Of a DNA stretch of 64,000 nt, positions 24,389 to 38,982 are shown in pieces. Each line of letters starts with the position of its first letter. Position 1 is the first letter of the stretch. The notes beneath the pieces were generated by a model. That model did not search any database and was not told the DNA's origin. It saw only the letters and a list, made by a program, of their open reading frames with translations. Source of the stretch: Chrysomallon squamiferum (lineage: Eukaryota > Animalia > Mollusca); assembly GCA_012295275.1 (NCBI GenBank), contig CM022669.1, forward strand, positions 5,394,001 through 5,458,000. Reading direction: 5' to 3'. The position numbers and the translations under genes are program-made.

Positions 24389-25659
24389 TTACTTTCGGAG
24401 TGACTTGATCCATTTCAATGATGTTTTAAGCTGTCGTATTCAGTTTTCCACAGATAATGCTGATAGACCCTGAAAATAACATAAATGTTGTAAATACTCT
24501 GGTTTTCTTGTTTCCATTCTTAAATTACAAGCCTTTCGATACTAGAGCAGTATCACATCGTTCTCACAAAAGTATCATTAATGTACTATGTTGTTACGAT
24601 GGTTTAAACCAGTGATGGGAGAGGTGCGCGGCTGGTGCCACCTAGTGGGAGTTTGCCTGTTTACTGTGTTATACGCTTGGTCTTTTTTGGATGATGAATT
24701 GGCTTCGAGCTTCTCTTGAGCAAGCGTTAGGCGTTTGACTTTGCACCGATAAATTTTCAGATTTTGTCATTAGTTTATTCTGTGTATTTCTGTGTGTGCT
24801 GTATTTCACAAACAAAATTTATTTGCAGGAATGAATTTTCGATCAGCGTTTGAGTAGCTCAAGTTTAAATCATTTAATGATCAGTTAATTAAACTTTTAT
24901 TTAAGGTTTAAAAAATATTATTTATGTTTGATCAGATAATTCAAAAATTATTGATAATTTAATAGCCCTTCTGACCTTACAGTGCTGAAAGTGCATGATA
25001 TACACAACATCGACAACAACAACAACAACAATAATAATAACAACAACAACAACAGACGATCAGCTATGCAGTTCAGAACCTTGCTTATTTAAAAAAAAAA
25101 AAATGTACTACTAGTTTGTAATTTATCATTGTTGAAACGTTGTTTGTATGCTTTAGTGCGCCACTTTACGCGGCGACTTTGTATCATTTATGAAATATAT
25201 TTTTCTCAGAATTTTGTGTTTAATAAATCCATATCATCGTCATTCTGAACAATCTTTTACTAACTTGCAAATTTATTTTAAAATTTCTAAAATGTTATTT
25301 TAAAAAAGCAATAAGAATGAAATCAGGATCAAACCTTTTATGATATTTACCTTGGTACTGTATTTCTTATGCAAGTATCTATGTATGTTTATACGTACGT
25401 ATTCGTTTATGTATTAGAAAAGTATACTAAAACTATTATTAAATTGTTAACGATAACAAGAACAACATTAGAATGTAAATAGAAATTAGTAATTTATTAC
25501 AACTCAAAAAAAATGCCACATCATTATAATGCACTTTTCGTTTCTTTCAATGTCATTTGTTAGATAAATCATATTTACAAAAACAAAATAATACATCTGT
25601 ATACATCTTGCTTTTAAAATCATAACGATTCAAACCAATATAAGATAAACGATTCTTCA

Positions 25660-25955
25660 GCTGAACCATTTTAATGTACGACTCGTCAGATAAAGATATT
25701 TTATTATTAGAAACGTGAGATAGACCATTTTATTATTCGAGTCGTGACATAGGCCATTTTAATACACGAGTCCTGGTATAATCAATTTTAAAATACAAGT
25801 TGTGAGATCAACCATTTTAACATATGACTCATGAGATAAACCATTTTAATATGTGAGTAGTAAAATTAAATAATTTAAAATACGAGTCGTAAGATTAACT
25901 ATTTTAATAATTATATCAGAAGTGAGATAAACCAATTCAATACAAATATACGACA
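25660..25955. repeat. Degenerate ~29-bp tandem repeat downstream of copy 3
   Basis: Homologous to 8290-8612. Confidence 0.7.
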
Positions 25956-26179
25956 CATGATTAGAGGCAAACAACTCAAAGAAGGATAAAGTTTCGTAAA
26001 GTATTCTTTGTAACATAAACATTTTCAAAACTTGAAAATTCAAGTTCAACCATGGAGACCAAAAAGGCTATGGAATATATGTGTTTCACACATAATGTTT
26101 CATTCCAGACATATTTAAATAATAGTATGAAGAAAAATAATTATCTCAACATGGTAGATTCTCCTAATTACTGGTATTT

Positions 26180-27501
26180 TCAGTTTTTCTTAGCCTTAGC
26201 TACCTTAAATTCAGTCACGTCCATTACTGGACCTATTGGTGGAAGCTCCCCTTTGTAAGTGTTGAGCAATGTCAAAGCCAGAGACAGCGCCTTCGAGCCG
26301 TTGTTAGTCAGTAAAACATTGCGAACACTTCGTGTCCACGTGTTGTGAAAAGAAGAAAGTTTCTTGTTCTCGTTGTCAATCAACACGTGTGGTATGTTGA
26401 GCAGCGTGCTTAAGATATGTCCGTGAAGACGATCAGTGATGACCACGCGTCCTCGCTGCAGAAACACAAACCCGTTGTTCGCCATTAGGAAAGCATTTTC
26501 CATGGTTGTTGTGCCACTGGGCGTTTTCCAATTCAACCAGTCGGCTACGTGAACCGTTACGTTGTTTGGCATCTTCTTTTTATCAGTCAAGTAACCGGGA
26601 CTCTCTTTATCAGTACGTTTCAACCAAAGGATGTCATATGTAGGCGACATGAAGCGACGAACTTCACCAATCTGAAAAGCCATGTCCGGTGCTAATATAA
26701 ATTTAGTTAGGTTCTTGTTCCAGTATGTCAGAGCGATGTTCAACGACTGTCTGTCTCTGAGAATTATCGTCAGGTTAGGATTACAGCAGTAAAGTTTCTT
26801 ACACAACTCAAAGTCTTTCCCGCTGTACACGTTGTGAGGAACGAAAATACTCTGAGGGAAAATAACTAATTTGAAACCGTCGAATCTTGGAATAATATCT
26901 CTTCTGAGGTTATCACTGAAAGTGTATCCAACGAAATTCCCTCCTCCATGAAACAATATGACAAGTTCATCCTTGGAATATTTCTTACTTAATTTTTCCG
27001 CATATTCTTGTAACTGATGTTTTACGCAATCATAGCACAGACAATAAAATACAACTTTAATTCCCAGACGTCTTAGAAAGTAAACTTCACCAACTGTGAT
27101 GGCAGAATCACCTTTGTTCTCAGAAGCTGAAACATCAAAGAGAAATGCGTATTTAAATTTACCTAAGATATGCTGAAATAACTCAAACTGGATTCTTTGA
27201 GTTTCATGGATAACTTCTTTAGACGTAGACAAAAGAGGAGATAAGGAATTTGTATTGTATACATGATCAGTAAGATTCCAGCTGAGAAATTTTTCGTTTT
27301 CTTTCTTGTGTTCAGCCAAATAATTTTCATTCAGATCTGGATACAGCTGTTTTTTGTCCAATAGTTCAATATTTAAACTGACAGGTTTGACTCGTTGTGT
27401 TTGTTGTACTCTGAATGAGAGAACTGACATCCCAGTGAAGAGAAGAATTGAAAACAAGAACAGTTCCATTCGTCGAGTACAAAACTTTGGTTTCCTTGAA
27501 C
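26180..27501 (-). CDS. Polysaccharide pyruvyltransferase exon, copy 3
   Basis: Intact ORF 26180..27469 plus 32 nt to the acceptor; all family motifs present; ends ..FKVAKAKKN. Confidence 0.88.
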
Positions 27502-27803
27502 CTGAAAACAGATTGCATATGAGTAAATATAAATGTACATACAGGTTAACATTTAATGAAGTGTGAAAAAAGAAATAAAATAGATTTGTGTTTACTTTAT
27601 GAAATCAAGAATAGAAATAGTTGTTTTCTAATAATAAATAAAAATTAGTGTTAAAATAAATTACTGTAAATGCTTGTACAAAGAAACGTCATGAAATATT
27701 TGTCAGTCGGTATACCCTTAACAACAGCGACACAGAAACAAACAAATGAGAAAATATGATATTCATTCACTTTGAACACAGTATTAACGAACTACCATCT
27801 CAC
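27502..27803 (-). other. Phase-1 intron (copy 3, 302 bp)
   Basis: CAG|GTGAGA donor, ctgttttcag acceptor, in frame. Confidence 0.8.
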
Positions 27804-28803
27804 CTGAATCTGTAAGTTCCATGGTTTCATTACGTACAAATTTTTCTCGTATGAAGATAACAAGTCCCAACGTGCAGACACCTAAACCACTGAAGTTCCA
27901 CACAGTCGCATGTCTTTGCCCAGACAGGTAGAGTAGAAAAATCACAGTTATTCTTTTCACTATGTTGCTGACGGCGTGACTCAACACAGACATGTACCGC
28001 AGTACGACGTTCGCAGACAAATAAGAGTAGACCACGTGGAGGATGCTGGATGACAGCACTGTAATCACAGTCAACGTGGTTGTCGTAGGAAGAAATCCTT
28101 TCAGTTCGATAATATACGTTACTAGCACTAACGTAGCAACACCAGCTGCAACATAGCAGATGTACACTACAGGACGCAGTCGTAGTTCCTTAGATTGTTG
28201 ATGACCTATTTTCATGGCAACGTTTCTTGCAGCTATCATGATGTTAGATATGAATGCCATCACCGCACCTATGGACATCGACGACGTTACAAACGGGTTA
28301 CCTGCGAACCCTACGGCACCGAATACAATCAATGGCAGACTCACTATTGTTGATACAGTTGTTGATGTCGTTAGGAAACTACGTTGTAGTAGTGCTGTGG
28401 TGATGGGTTCCATCAGTTTGATTGCAAACGTAGATGATGCGTGCATAAAAGCCATGCTGCAGTTTGTAGCGAAACTGCCTGCAATGTGTGATAGAATCAT
28501 GACGTAGAACACGTTGTCATGTCGTTGCTGAACATCCACAAGAGAATAACATGTCACAGTTTGAAAGATTGTTAGAATGATGGACAAATAAAGTCCTTGA
28601 CCTTGTACGTTGACCAAGTCCGAGTGGAGAAACAATCTGGCACATTGATGACAGAGATAAGAGGTCAACGTCCACGAGACGAAAACCAGTACAATCTGAA
28701 GAATGAGAAAATTGGAAATGCAAATATTACTTGATACATCTTCACATTGATCAAAGCAAATATACGAACTACTGATCGTAGCTTTTTCATTGTTAACTAT
28801 CAC
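27804..28803 (-). CDS. TPT/SLC35E-like transporter exon, copy 3; 5' boundary uncertain
   Basis: Intact and highly similar to copy 2; alternative acceptor at 28696/28695. Confidence 0.82.
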
Positions 28804-28976
28804 CTATACACTTGTATTAAAATGTCAGTACATGAAACCAAAATACGTAAAAGAAATATGATAATTGGGATCTGATTTTATTTTTCGAGTATTTGAAATA
28901 TACATGACTAAAATATTAAAAGAAATAAATAGCGATACAAAATCTTTTTCTCGTATCTCTGTGTGTATGTGTGTGT

Positions 28977-29092
<116 letters not shown>

Positions 29093-29294
29093 TACTTTCG
29101 GAGTGACTTGATCCATTTCAATGATGTTTTAAGCTGTCGTATTCAGTTTTCCACAGATAATGCTGATAGACCCTGAAAATAACATAAATGTTGTAAATAC
29201 TCTGGTTTTCTTGTTTCCATTCTTAAATTACAAGCCTTTCGATACTAGAGCAGTATCACATCGTTCTCACAAAAGTATCATTAATGTACTATGT

Positions 29295-29976
29295 TGTTAT
29301 GATGGTTTAAACCAGTGATGGGAGAGGTGCGCGGCTGGTGCCACCTAGTGGGAGTTTGCCTGTTTACTGAGTTATACACTTGGTCTTTTTTGGATGATGA
29401 ATTGGCTTCGAGCTTCTCTTGAGCAAGCGGTGGGCGTTTGACTTTGCACCGATACATTTTCAGATTTTTGCTCTGAGTTTATTCTAATGTGTATTTCTGT
29501 GTGTGCTGTATTTCACAAACAAAATTTATTTGCAGGAATGAATTTTCGATCAGCGTTTGAGTAGCTCAAGTTTAAATCATTTAATGATCAGTTAATTAAA
29601 CTTTTATTTAAGGTTTAAAAAATATTATTTATGTTTGATCAGATAATTCAAAAATTATTGATAATTTAATAGCCCTTCTGACGTTACAGTGCTGAAAGTG
29701 CATGATATACACAACATCGACAACAACAACAACAATAATAATAATAACAACAACAACAAAAAGAACAGCAACAATAATAAAAACAGCAGCATTAATAAGA
29801 ACAAAAACAACAACAAAAAGAACGACAATAATAATCAGAGAATGAACAACAACAACAACAAAAATAGTAATACATATAATGTTGTTGCTGCTGTTTAAGA
29901 TATTTCGAACTAAAATCTTCACTAACATAAACCGTTTCTTCTAAGTATGATCTTAACAGAGATAACACACGTCACA
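29295..29976. repeat. Dispersed ~680-bp repeat with a GC-richer head (possibly solo-LTR/TE-derived)
   Basis: Related copies start at ~24593, ~39465, ~48610 and ~53100; begins TGTTA(C/T)G and ends CGTCACA; no target-site duplication seen. Confidence 0.4.
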
Positions 29977-30155
29977 AATAATCTTCTAATGTAATGCACA
30001 CCACAGTAACAAGCTTGTATAAGAGCAATGCATAGTTCTCAGTTATTAGGAGTATCAGAGAAAAAAAACAGTTTTAGTTTGCATTGTTTTATTTTATTTT
30101 GTCTCATTTTATTTTATTATCTTTATTTATTTATTTTTATTACTACTACTACTGC

Positions 30156-30186
<31 letters not shown>

Positions 30187-30865
30187 GTTATTGTTAATGT
30201 TCACGAGTTTAAATCGGCCTCCTAACGTCAAAGCTGGAGAAGTGTAATACAATAATAACAACAACAACAACAACAACAAAAATAATAATAATCTGAATGC
30301 GATAATGATAATCATAATAACAACAACAATAACAACAGCAAGAACGAAACAATTAAGAAAGAAAACTTTGAATACTTTTTCAGAAATCTTAACATTCAAT
30401 ACAATATGTTAGTTTCAAGAAAACTACGATGATGCAATTCAGTTAAAAAAGAGACAGCCATAATGAATTCGACCTTCTCATTACTTTGGTCAATGAAGTT
30501 TTCTCAAAACATCACAAATAAAACATTTTATATTCAGAACATAATTCTAAAGAATGTATCAAATCAGACCAAATCATGAAACACAAATCGTTTCCTTTAA
30601 AGACAATCGAACCGTAACGATCTTCAGATGTAATAGATACCACAATAAAACACTGTTATAAGAATCTAGTTTTGAGTCAGTAAAAACATCAGAGATCCAT
30701 TGTAGAAAAGCTTTATTATTTTTATTTTACTATTATATTTAGTTACTTTTATATTTTGTATGTCGTTATGGTAGTCGTAGGATTACTATGAGGTCTTCCT
30801 CATTTTCTCTCAGTGAATCTCTTTTTCTGTCCAAGTTCTAATTCATTTTAACACAAATATTTAAG

Positions 30866-31306
30866 AAGTAATAGAACAACAAAGCTTATCTTCACATTTA
30901 AGAACAAACAGAATGAAAATGATTATACTCATATCTATGAACAAACAGAATGACAATGTCTATATTCATATTTAAGAACAAACAGAAGGAGAATGTTTAT
31001 ATTCATATTTAAGAACAAACAGAAGGAGAATATTTATATTCACATTTGAGAGCAAACAGAACTAGAATGTTTATATTCATATTTAAGAACAAACAGAACG
31101 AGAATGTTTATATTCATATTTCAGAACAAACAGAATGAGAATGTTTATATTCACATTTAAGAACAAAGTGAACTAGAATGTTTATAGTCATATTTAAGAA
31201 TAAATAGAATGAGAATGTTTATATAAGAAGAAACAGCACGAGAATGTTTATATTCAAATTTAAGAATAAATACAATGAGAATGTTTAAATAAGAACGAAC
31301 AGAACA
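30866..31306. repeat. 37-bp minisatellite array 1 (~12 units)
   Basis: Unit aagaacaaacagaatgagaatgtttatattcacattt. Confidence 0.9.
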
Positions 31307-31492
31307 GCCAGCAGGAGAAACTGTTTGGAAACAGAAAAACTAGAACGTGTAAGACACAAAACTACGTCGATGAAAGAAGCAGCATATTAAACTACAGAAG
31401 GAGAAAAACTGTTTTAAAAATAGATAATATTAATTTAAAATCGTGAGACAAAATTCAGGTGTTTGCTATTTCGATGTCGTGAAAATTATTTA

Positions 31493-31580
31493 ACTTGAAC
31501 TGTTGGTGGGAGCTCTCCTTTGTAATTGCTGAGCAATATGATAAGGTCGAATGTCTAACGGTCTTGGGCATTAGCGTACA
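31493..31580 (-). pseudogene. Second copy of the pyruvyltransferase relic
   Basis: Matches 12730-12818 (ttggtgggagctctcctttgtaattgctgagcaat..). Confidence 0.55.
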
Positions 31581-32188
31581 TGCCTAAACGTATCGATTCA
31601 TTGGATAAAAGTCCTTCTTTATAAATAAAATAGTTATTTTCTTACTCTTGACCTAAAATACGCAATTACCGTGTTAATTATTTATTTAGCCCAAAATATG
31701 TCTGTCTAGCAGTTCTTTGTACCTGCATTTATCCTTCCCAAACAATAAACAATGCTAATCAAATTAGGTTACTTCTAAAAAAACAAAGCCGGAGTTTGTA
31801 GGTATCAGGCATTATCAATACTACCATGGTCGAGTATTAACAACAATAAAACAGTAAACAAAAATATAAAAATAAAATAAAATAACATGAAATAAAACTA
31901 TTATTATTATTATCATTATTATTATTATTATTATCATCATCATCATCATCATCATTCCGAACAATCTTTTACAAACTTATTTTGTAATTTCTTATATGTG
32001 ACTTTTAAAAACTACAAGAATGAAAATCAGGATCAAACCTTTCTTGATAATATTTACCTTGATGGTGTATTTCTTATGCAAGTATCTATGTATGTTCATA
32101 TGTACGTATGCATTTATGTATGCATGTATATTATATTGCTTTGCTTCTATTTATTTATTTATCTTTTCTGTGTGTATGTGTATGTATA

Positions 32189-32189
<1 letters not shown>

Positions 32190-32272
<83 letters not shown>
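32190..32272. repeat. (AG)n microsatellite
   Basis: Direct reading. Confidence 0.95.
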
Positions 32273-32275
<3 letters not shown>

Positions 32276-32426
32276 ATGCACAATACAATTTTAATACTGA
32301 ATATGGCAGCAGTTATCCCTGTACTTCATAATGCTCTAAAAATCCTAATCAGTGATAACATTTAAGATAATTTAATAATAATAATAATAATTTAATAATA
32401 ATGATGATGATAATATAAATAATAAT

Positions 32427-32459
<33 letters not shown>

Positions 32460-32818
32460 AATAATAATAATAATAGTAATAATAATAGTTCTGCGTTTGA
32501 CAGAACGAACCTAGTTCAAAATGACAACATTTTACTACTAGTTTGTAATTTATCATTGTCGAAACGATGTTTGAATACTTAAGTGCTGCACTTTACAGGG
32601 CGGCATTGTATCATTTATGAAATATATATTTCTCAGAATTTTGTGTTTAATAAATGCATGTCATATATGGAGTAAAAGTAAATTTATGCATTTTTCATTT
32701 AAACAAATCTGGCAATCGAGAGCTTTCTCCTAAAAGTTTAAACGAAAGCCGCCCCTGCTTATGTATGAAAAAATGACTCATTTGGTAGTCGTGTTTTGTC
32801 TGTTGTTTCAAGCAACTG

Positions 32819-32862
<44 letters not shown>

Positions 32863-34639
32863 AACCGTGAGAAATAAAAAAACGAAACCGTGTTTAAGAA
32901 ATACAAATTAAAACACATTTTTGAATCCTGTTTTCTGAAAGCCGAAAATAAATGGTTGGGTACTCGTAATGTTTTCTTTATTGAAGTATGTCATATTTAT
33001 TTAAAGTTTCCAGTTTACCAACTAAAACGTTCTTTAAAAACAGTTAGATTTGGTGATTACCTCTAGTCTCAGTTACAGTATCCGTTCACAGTCTGGGGAC
33101 ACCTACGTGTACAAAAGTCACGCATTCTCTCCACTTATATCTATTATAGTTCCTTGAGATATCCGACTATTCATTAATACGTAAGGTAAGAAAATTAATT
33201 TAATTCCTGTATAAATGCATATATGTATTGTCTGTTTCCCATTAACAACTTCTTTCCTCTCTCTCTCTATATATATCTATCTGAATGTGTGTGTATATGT
33301 GTGTGTGGTTATTAACATTTTTGTTGTTATGTTGATTTCATCTCTCTCTGTTGTTTTTAATGTTCTTTTGTTGTTTAGATCAGTTATAGAGATATAATGA
33401 TAGACTTTCAAAACAGTATATAGGATAGTGCACTTGTAACAAATACAGATAAATATGGCGGATTGACGTAAATGCAGCAGTAAGAATAGATTTTCAAGTC
33501 TGCACCTTGATTTAAAATAATTACTTCTAACGTCAAAGCTGGACAACAACAACAACAACAAAAATAATAATAATAACAACAATAAGAATAATAATGATAA
33601 TAATAATAACAAAAACAACAGCAACAACGGATCAATTAAGAAAGAAAACTATGTAAACTTTTTCTCAAAACTCAACATTCAAACATTCGAAAATTCTTAG
33701 AAACTGTTTTAATTTGATATGAAGTAAAATGAATTTTAATATTAAGCTGCTACATGTAGGACATAACTCTTCTGTAACAAAGTTTCCCAAATATAATGAT
33801 TTTGTTTTCTTGTTGTTGTTGGCTGGGTTGTTTCTGGGTTAGTGTATTTGCTGGTGTTGTTGTTGTTATTGCTGCTGGGTTTTATATCAGTTATATTTAT
33901 TATAATTAAAAAATAAAATAAAAGATATTTCAAAATTAATACAACAGAAAGTATTTAGAATATATTAGTTTCAAGAAATCTACAATGATACAGCTAATTT
34001 AAGAAAGAGACAGCCATAACGAATTCCATCTTCTCATTACTTTGCTCAATGAAGTTTTCTCAAAACAACACAAACAAAACATTTTACTTTCAGAATGCAA
34101 TTTTAAAGAATGGATCATGTTTTGCTAAACAAATAAAAATTTACTTGAACTACAAGACAAAAAACATTGGGTGCATACTTACTGTTTGTAGCAGTTTGTG
34201 CAATATCAAATCACTGAAGTAATTTCTATGGAAAATTCTGCGTTACTCCAAAATCACGTTCACATGTTGAATAACTGGTCCCACGGGTATGAAAATCACC
34301 CAGCCATTTAGGACATCTGAGACAAATCAGACCAAAAGATGAAACACAAACCGTTTCCTTTAAAGACAATCGAACCAAAGCGAGCTTCTGTTGTAATAGA
34401 TACCATAATAACATACTGTTATAAGAACCTAGTTTTGAATTAGTAAAAACATCAGAGATCCATTATAGAAAAGCTTTATTATTTTTATTCTACTATTTTA
34501 CTTAATTATTTTTGTATTTATATGTTGTTATCATAATAGTAGGATTACTATTAGCTGTCCCTTATTTTCTCTCAGTGACTCTCTTTTTCTGTCCAAATTC
34601 TAATTCAATTTAACACAAATATCGTTTTGTATCACGTCC

Positions 34640-35360
34640 ATATTTATGAACAAACAGAACAAGAGTGTTTTTATTCACATTTAAGAACAACCAGAATGAG
34701 AATGTTTATATTCACATTTAAGAACAAACAGAACGAGAATGTTTATATTCACATTTAAGAACAAATATAATGAAAATGTTTGTATTCACAGTTAAGAACA
34801 AATGGAATGAGAATGTTTATATTGACATTTAAGAACAAACAGAATGAGAATGCTTATATTCACATTTAAGAAGAAACAGAAAGAGAATGGTTGTATTCAC
34901 ATTTAAGAACAAGAATGATTATATTCACATTTAAGAACAACTAGAATGAGAATGTTTATATTCACATTTCAAACAAACAGAATGAGAATGTTTATATTCA
35001 CATTTAAGAACAAATAGAACGACAACGTTTATATTCACATTTAAGAACAAAGAGAACTAGAATGTTTATATTCACATTTAAGAACAAAGAGAACTAGAAT
35101 GTTTATATTCACATTTAAGAACAAATAGAATGGGAATGTTTATATAAGAACAAACAGAACGAGAATGTTTATATTCACATTTAAGAACAAATAGAATCAG
35201 AATGTTTATATTCGCATTGAAGAACAAAGAGAACTAGAATGTTTATATTCACATTTAAGAACAAACAGAGTGAGATTGTTTACATAAGAACAAACAGAAC
35301 GAGAATGTTTATTGAAGAACAAATAGAATGAGAATATTTATTTTAGAAGAAACAGAACAG
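34640..35360. repeat. 37-bp minisatellite array 2 (~20 units)
   Basis: Same unit as array 1. Confidence 0.9.
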
Positions 35361-38039
35361 ACAGCAGGAGAAAATGTTTGGAAACAAAAAAAACTACAAT
35401 GATTAAGAGCTCCAGACACAACACTACATCAGTGAAAGAAGCAGCATATTAAACTAGTTAAATAAAAAGACTGTTTTAAAAATATGTAATATTTCTTTTA
35501 AATCATGAATCAAAATTCAAGTGTTTGCTATTTATAAGTCCGTGATAGATTAGTGCAGTTTCTGTTAGAATTCTAAAACCTTTGATATGACTAAATTAAA
35601 GAGGATCCTGAACAGATCAGATAAATCAATGTAAACATGTTATTATTATATCAGTAGTACGACCATCTTCGAGTATCAACAAGAATAAAACAAAAAAACA
35701 GAAATATATACATATATATTTTTATATATATATAGAGAGAGAGAGGCACATTACAATTTTAATATTGAATATGGCAGCAGTTATCCCTGAAAACTTTAGA
35801 TAATTTAATAATAATCATAATAATCATAATAATAATCATAATAATAATAATAATAATAGTTCTGCGTTTGACAGAACGAACTTAGTTCAAGTCAGCATTG
35901 TTTCGGTGAAATTCAGACACATAAACAGATTCACTGCGGAAACAGATTTAGGACGCGAAATGTCTGGATTGGCTCTTCTTACCAGGTGATTCACATACTC
36001 AAATATCTATCAAACAAACAAAGAATACATGAAGGGACAAATCGAAACTGTTTTAATTATTCTGAGTTTCTTAAGAAATGAATTGACTGACAAAACTGAT
36101 GGAAGCATATCAGTCAAAAATTAATAAATATTTAAAAATAAGACATTTTGATGACAATAATTAATATTATCATAACCAGATAATTAAATTATAATTATAT
36201 TAGGTGAATTTCTAAGTAACAATAGCAAAAATGTGAACTATATAAATGTTTTTTTTTTTCTCTTGTTTTATTCTCCACGTCAGATCTGCGACATGTTATT
36301 TGTTTATCACTTGTAACTGTGTTTAAATTTTTAATGTAATGATTATAATACAATGAAACTTTATGAGAAGTGAATGGAGTTTGCTTCAGTTAACATGTTT
36401 AGTGAATTATTTGTCAACATCAGAGTGTAAAACTGTAGCAAACAGTATCATTCTTTGGTTGTTATTCCACAAATATTTTTATGAACAACACAGAAAAGAA
36501 GCAGACACGGTCTTGTTAGCAGCAGTACATCATGGATGTAATGCAAGGTTAAAAGCAAATCGCGTCTAGGCGTATCATTTGTAAATGCTGACTCATGACT
36601 TATACCCCCACTCTCTGTTACCCTTTGACCTTTCCTCTGGCGAGTTCGGCGATACGGCGATAGGATGTATAAACTTACAACCAGGGTCTTGCCATGTCGT
36701 TGATCATTACTGAGTATTCAATATACTTTTGTTCATTTGAAATGCGAATACAAAGTTAAAAATAAAACGAGTAGTAAGAAAAATAAAACAATTACTAAAA
36801 ATATGTTCTATGTTACAATTCAAGTTAATATTCTTCGTTCCACAAACATTTTACAAAACGTGGCAATATGTGCTAAAATAATTCTGGAATAATTGTCTAT
36901 ATCTTGGCTGTTTATTGGCTGCCCTAAGAAAAAGTCATAGACGGATAATAAATAACCGATTTAAAAAAATATATGTATTTTTGATTTTCACAGACGTATT
37001 AACAGACGATCAGCTATGCAGTTTAGAGAAACCTTGCTTATTTAAAAAAAATATATATATATATATTTTGTTACTACCTGTTAGTAATTTATCATTGTTA
37101 AAACGATTGAAAGTTTAGGTGCGCCACTTTACAGGGCGGCATTGTATCATTTATGAAATATATATTTCTCCGAATTTTGTGTTTAATAACTGCATATGGA
37201 GTTAAAGTAAATTTTCAACAAATCTGGCAATCGAGACCTTTCTCCTAAAAGTTTTGAACCATATCCGCCAATGCTTATGTATGAAATATCACTCATTCGA
37301 TAATCCTGTTTTGTCTTTTGTTACAAACAACTCAACTCTCAGCATGTGTCTGTACTGTAAACACTGCCATTGATTTAATGAATATTTTAAACATGAATTT
37401 TGCCATAAAAAGTTTAATATATATTAAGAGTTAAAATTAAGAAGAAAATGAAATTTCGGTGACATGAAATACAGCTTAAAATTTTAAGCTTCTCCTCATG
37501 CCACTGCTACTGAAAAATCGGCAACAATAACAGTACAATTGTTTATGGTTTCATGGAAAAAACAGATAAAACTGTCTTAATACAAATATTGAAGATTGAC
37601 GTAGCAACCATTCATCAGCCATTCTTCCTAACAAGATTTCCTGAGTTTCTGGACCACTGAGTAACATATATATATATATATATAAGATAAACCGTGAGAA
37701 GTAAAAAACGAAGCCATATTTCACAGATACCAATTAAAACACATTTTTGAGTCCTGTTTTCAGAAAGCCGAAAATAAATGGTTGGGTACTTGTAATATTT
37801 TCTTTATTGAAGCATGTCATTGAAAACACATTTATATTTATTTAAAGTAAGATCAAATTTTATATATTTATCTGAAACGTTATTTATTTTACAACTAGAA
37901 AAACTGGAATAGTCTTTGATGGAACAGGTATCTTTTGGTCTTACTTTTTACAGGAATCTCGGCAACACTGTTCAGTGAACTCGGACAAGCTAGACAGCCA
38001 GATACAGATATATATATATATATATATATATAGATAGAT

Positions 38040-38163
<124 letters not shown>

Positions 38164-38644
38164 ATGGAGTTAAAAATTATAACAGATAGAATGATAATAT
38201 AAGGAAGACCAAATAAATGTGAATACCTTTCTGTTGTTTCAGTTACAACCCAGTAAGTATATTTCTACAAACACGAAACAGTGTTCCCTTCTTTTGCTGG
38301 ACTCCAAGTCACCACTCAAGCAAGACATCTGTGTGGCAGCTACCTGTGTACGAACTGAAACGTTCTTCAAAAACAGATTTGGTGTCAGTTAGAGTATCCG
38401 TTCACAGTCTGGGGACACCTACATGCACAAAGTCACGCATTCTCTCCACTTCTGTTTTATAGTTGCTTGATGTATCCGACGATTCATTAATACATAAGGT
38501 AAGAAAATTAATTTAATTCGTCTATACTTGCATATATATGTGTTATCCGTTTGCAATGAATAACTGCTTTTCTCTCTCTATATATATATCTATCTGAATG
38601 TGTGTGTTTATATGTGTCTTTATTAACATTTTTGTTGTTATTTT

Positions 38645-38982
38645 GAGTTCATCTCTCTCTGTTATTTTAGTTTTTTTTTTATGTTTTTCGTTGTTCAGAT
38701 CAAGTATAGAGATATGAAGTTTGTGTTGATAGACTTTGAAAACAGTATTTGAAAACTTAAATTTTGTATAGCATACTGCACTTGTAACAAATATAGATTA
38801 AAAATGGCGAATTGAGTTCATCTCTCTCTGTTATTTTAGTTTTTTTTTTATGTTTTTCGTTGTTCAGATCAAGTATAGAGATATGAAGTTTGTGTTGATA
38901 GACTTTGAAAACAGTATTTGAAAACTTAAATTTTGTATAGCATACTGCACTTGTAACAAATATAGATTAAAAATGGCGAATT
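38645..38982. repeat. Local tandem duplication of ~169 bp
   Basis: gagttcatctctctctg...aaaatggcgaatt occurs twice head-to-tail; single copy in the paralog near 52450-52620. Confidence 0.85.

Noticed and set aside
26180-26197. C-terminal KAKKN as a dilysine ER-retrieval signal
   Set aside because: It would lie at the end of a predicted luminal domain, far from any membrane helix, and is absent from copies 1 and 2.
29295-29976. Solo LTR call (TGTTA.G ... CGTCACA ends)
   Set aside because: No target-site duplication, primer-binding site or internal coding sequence seen; kept only as an unclassified repeat.
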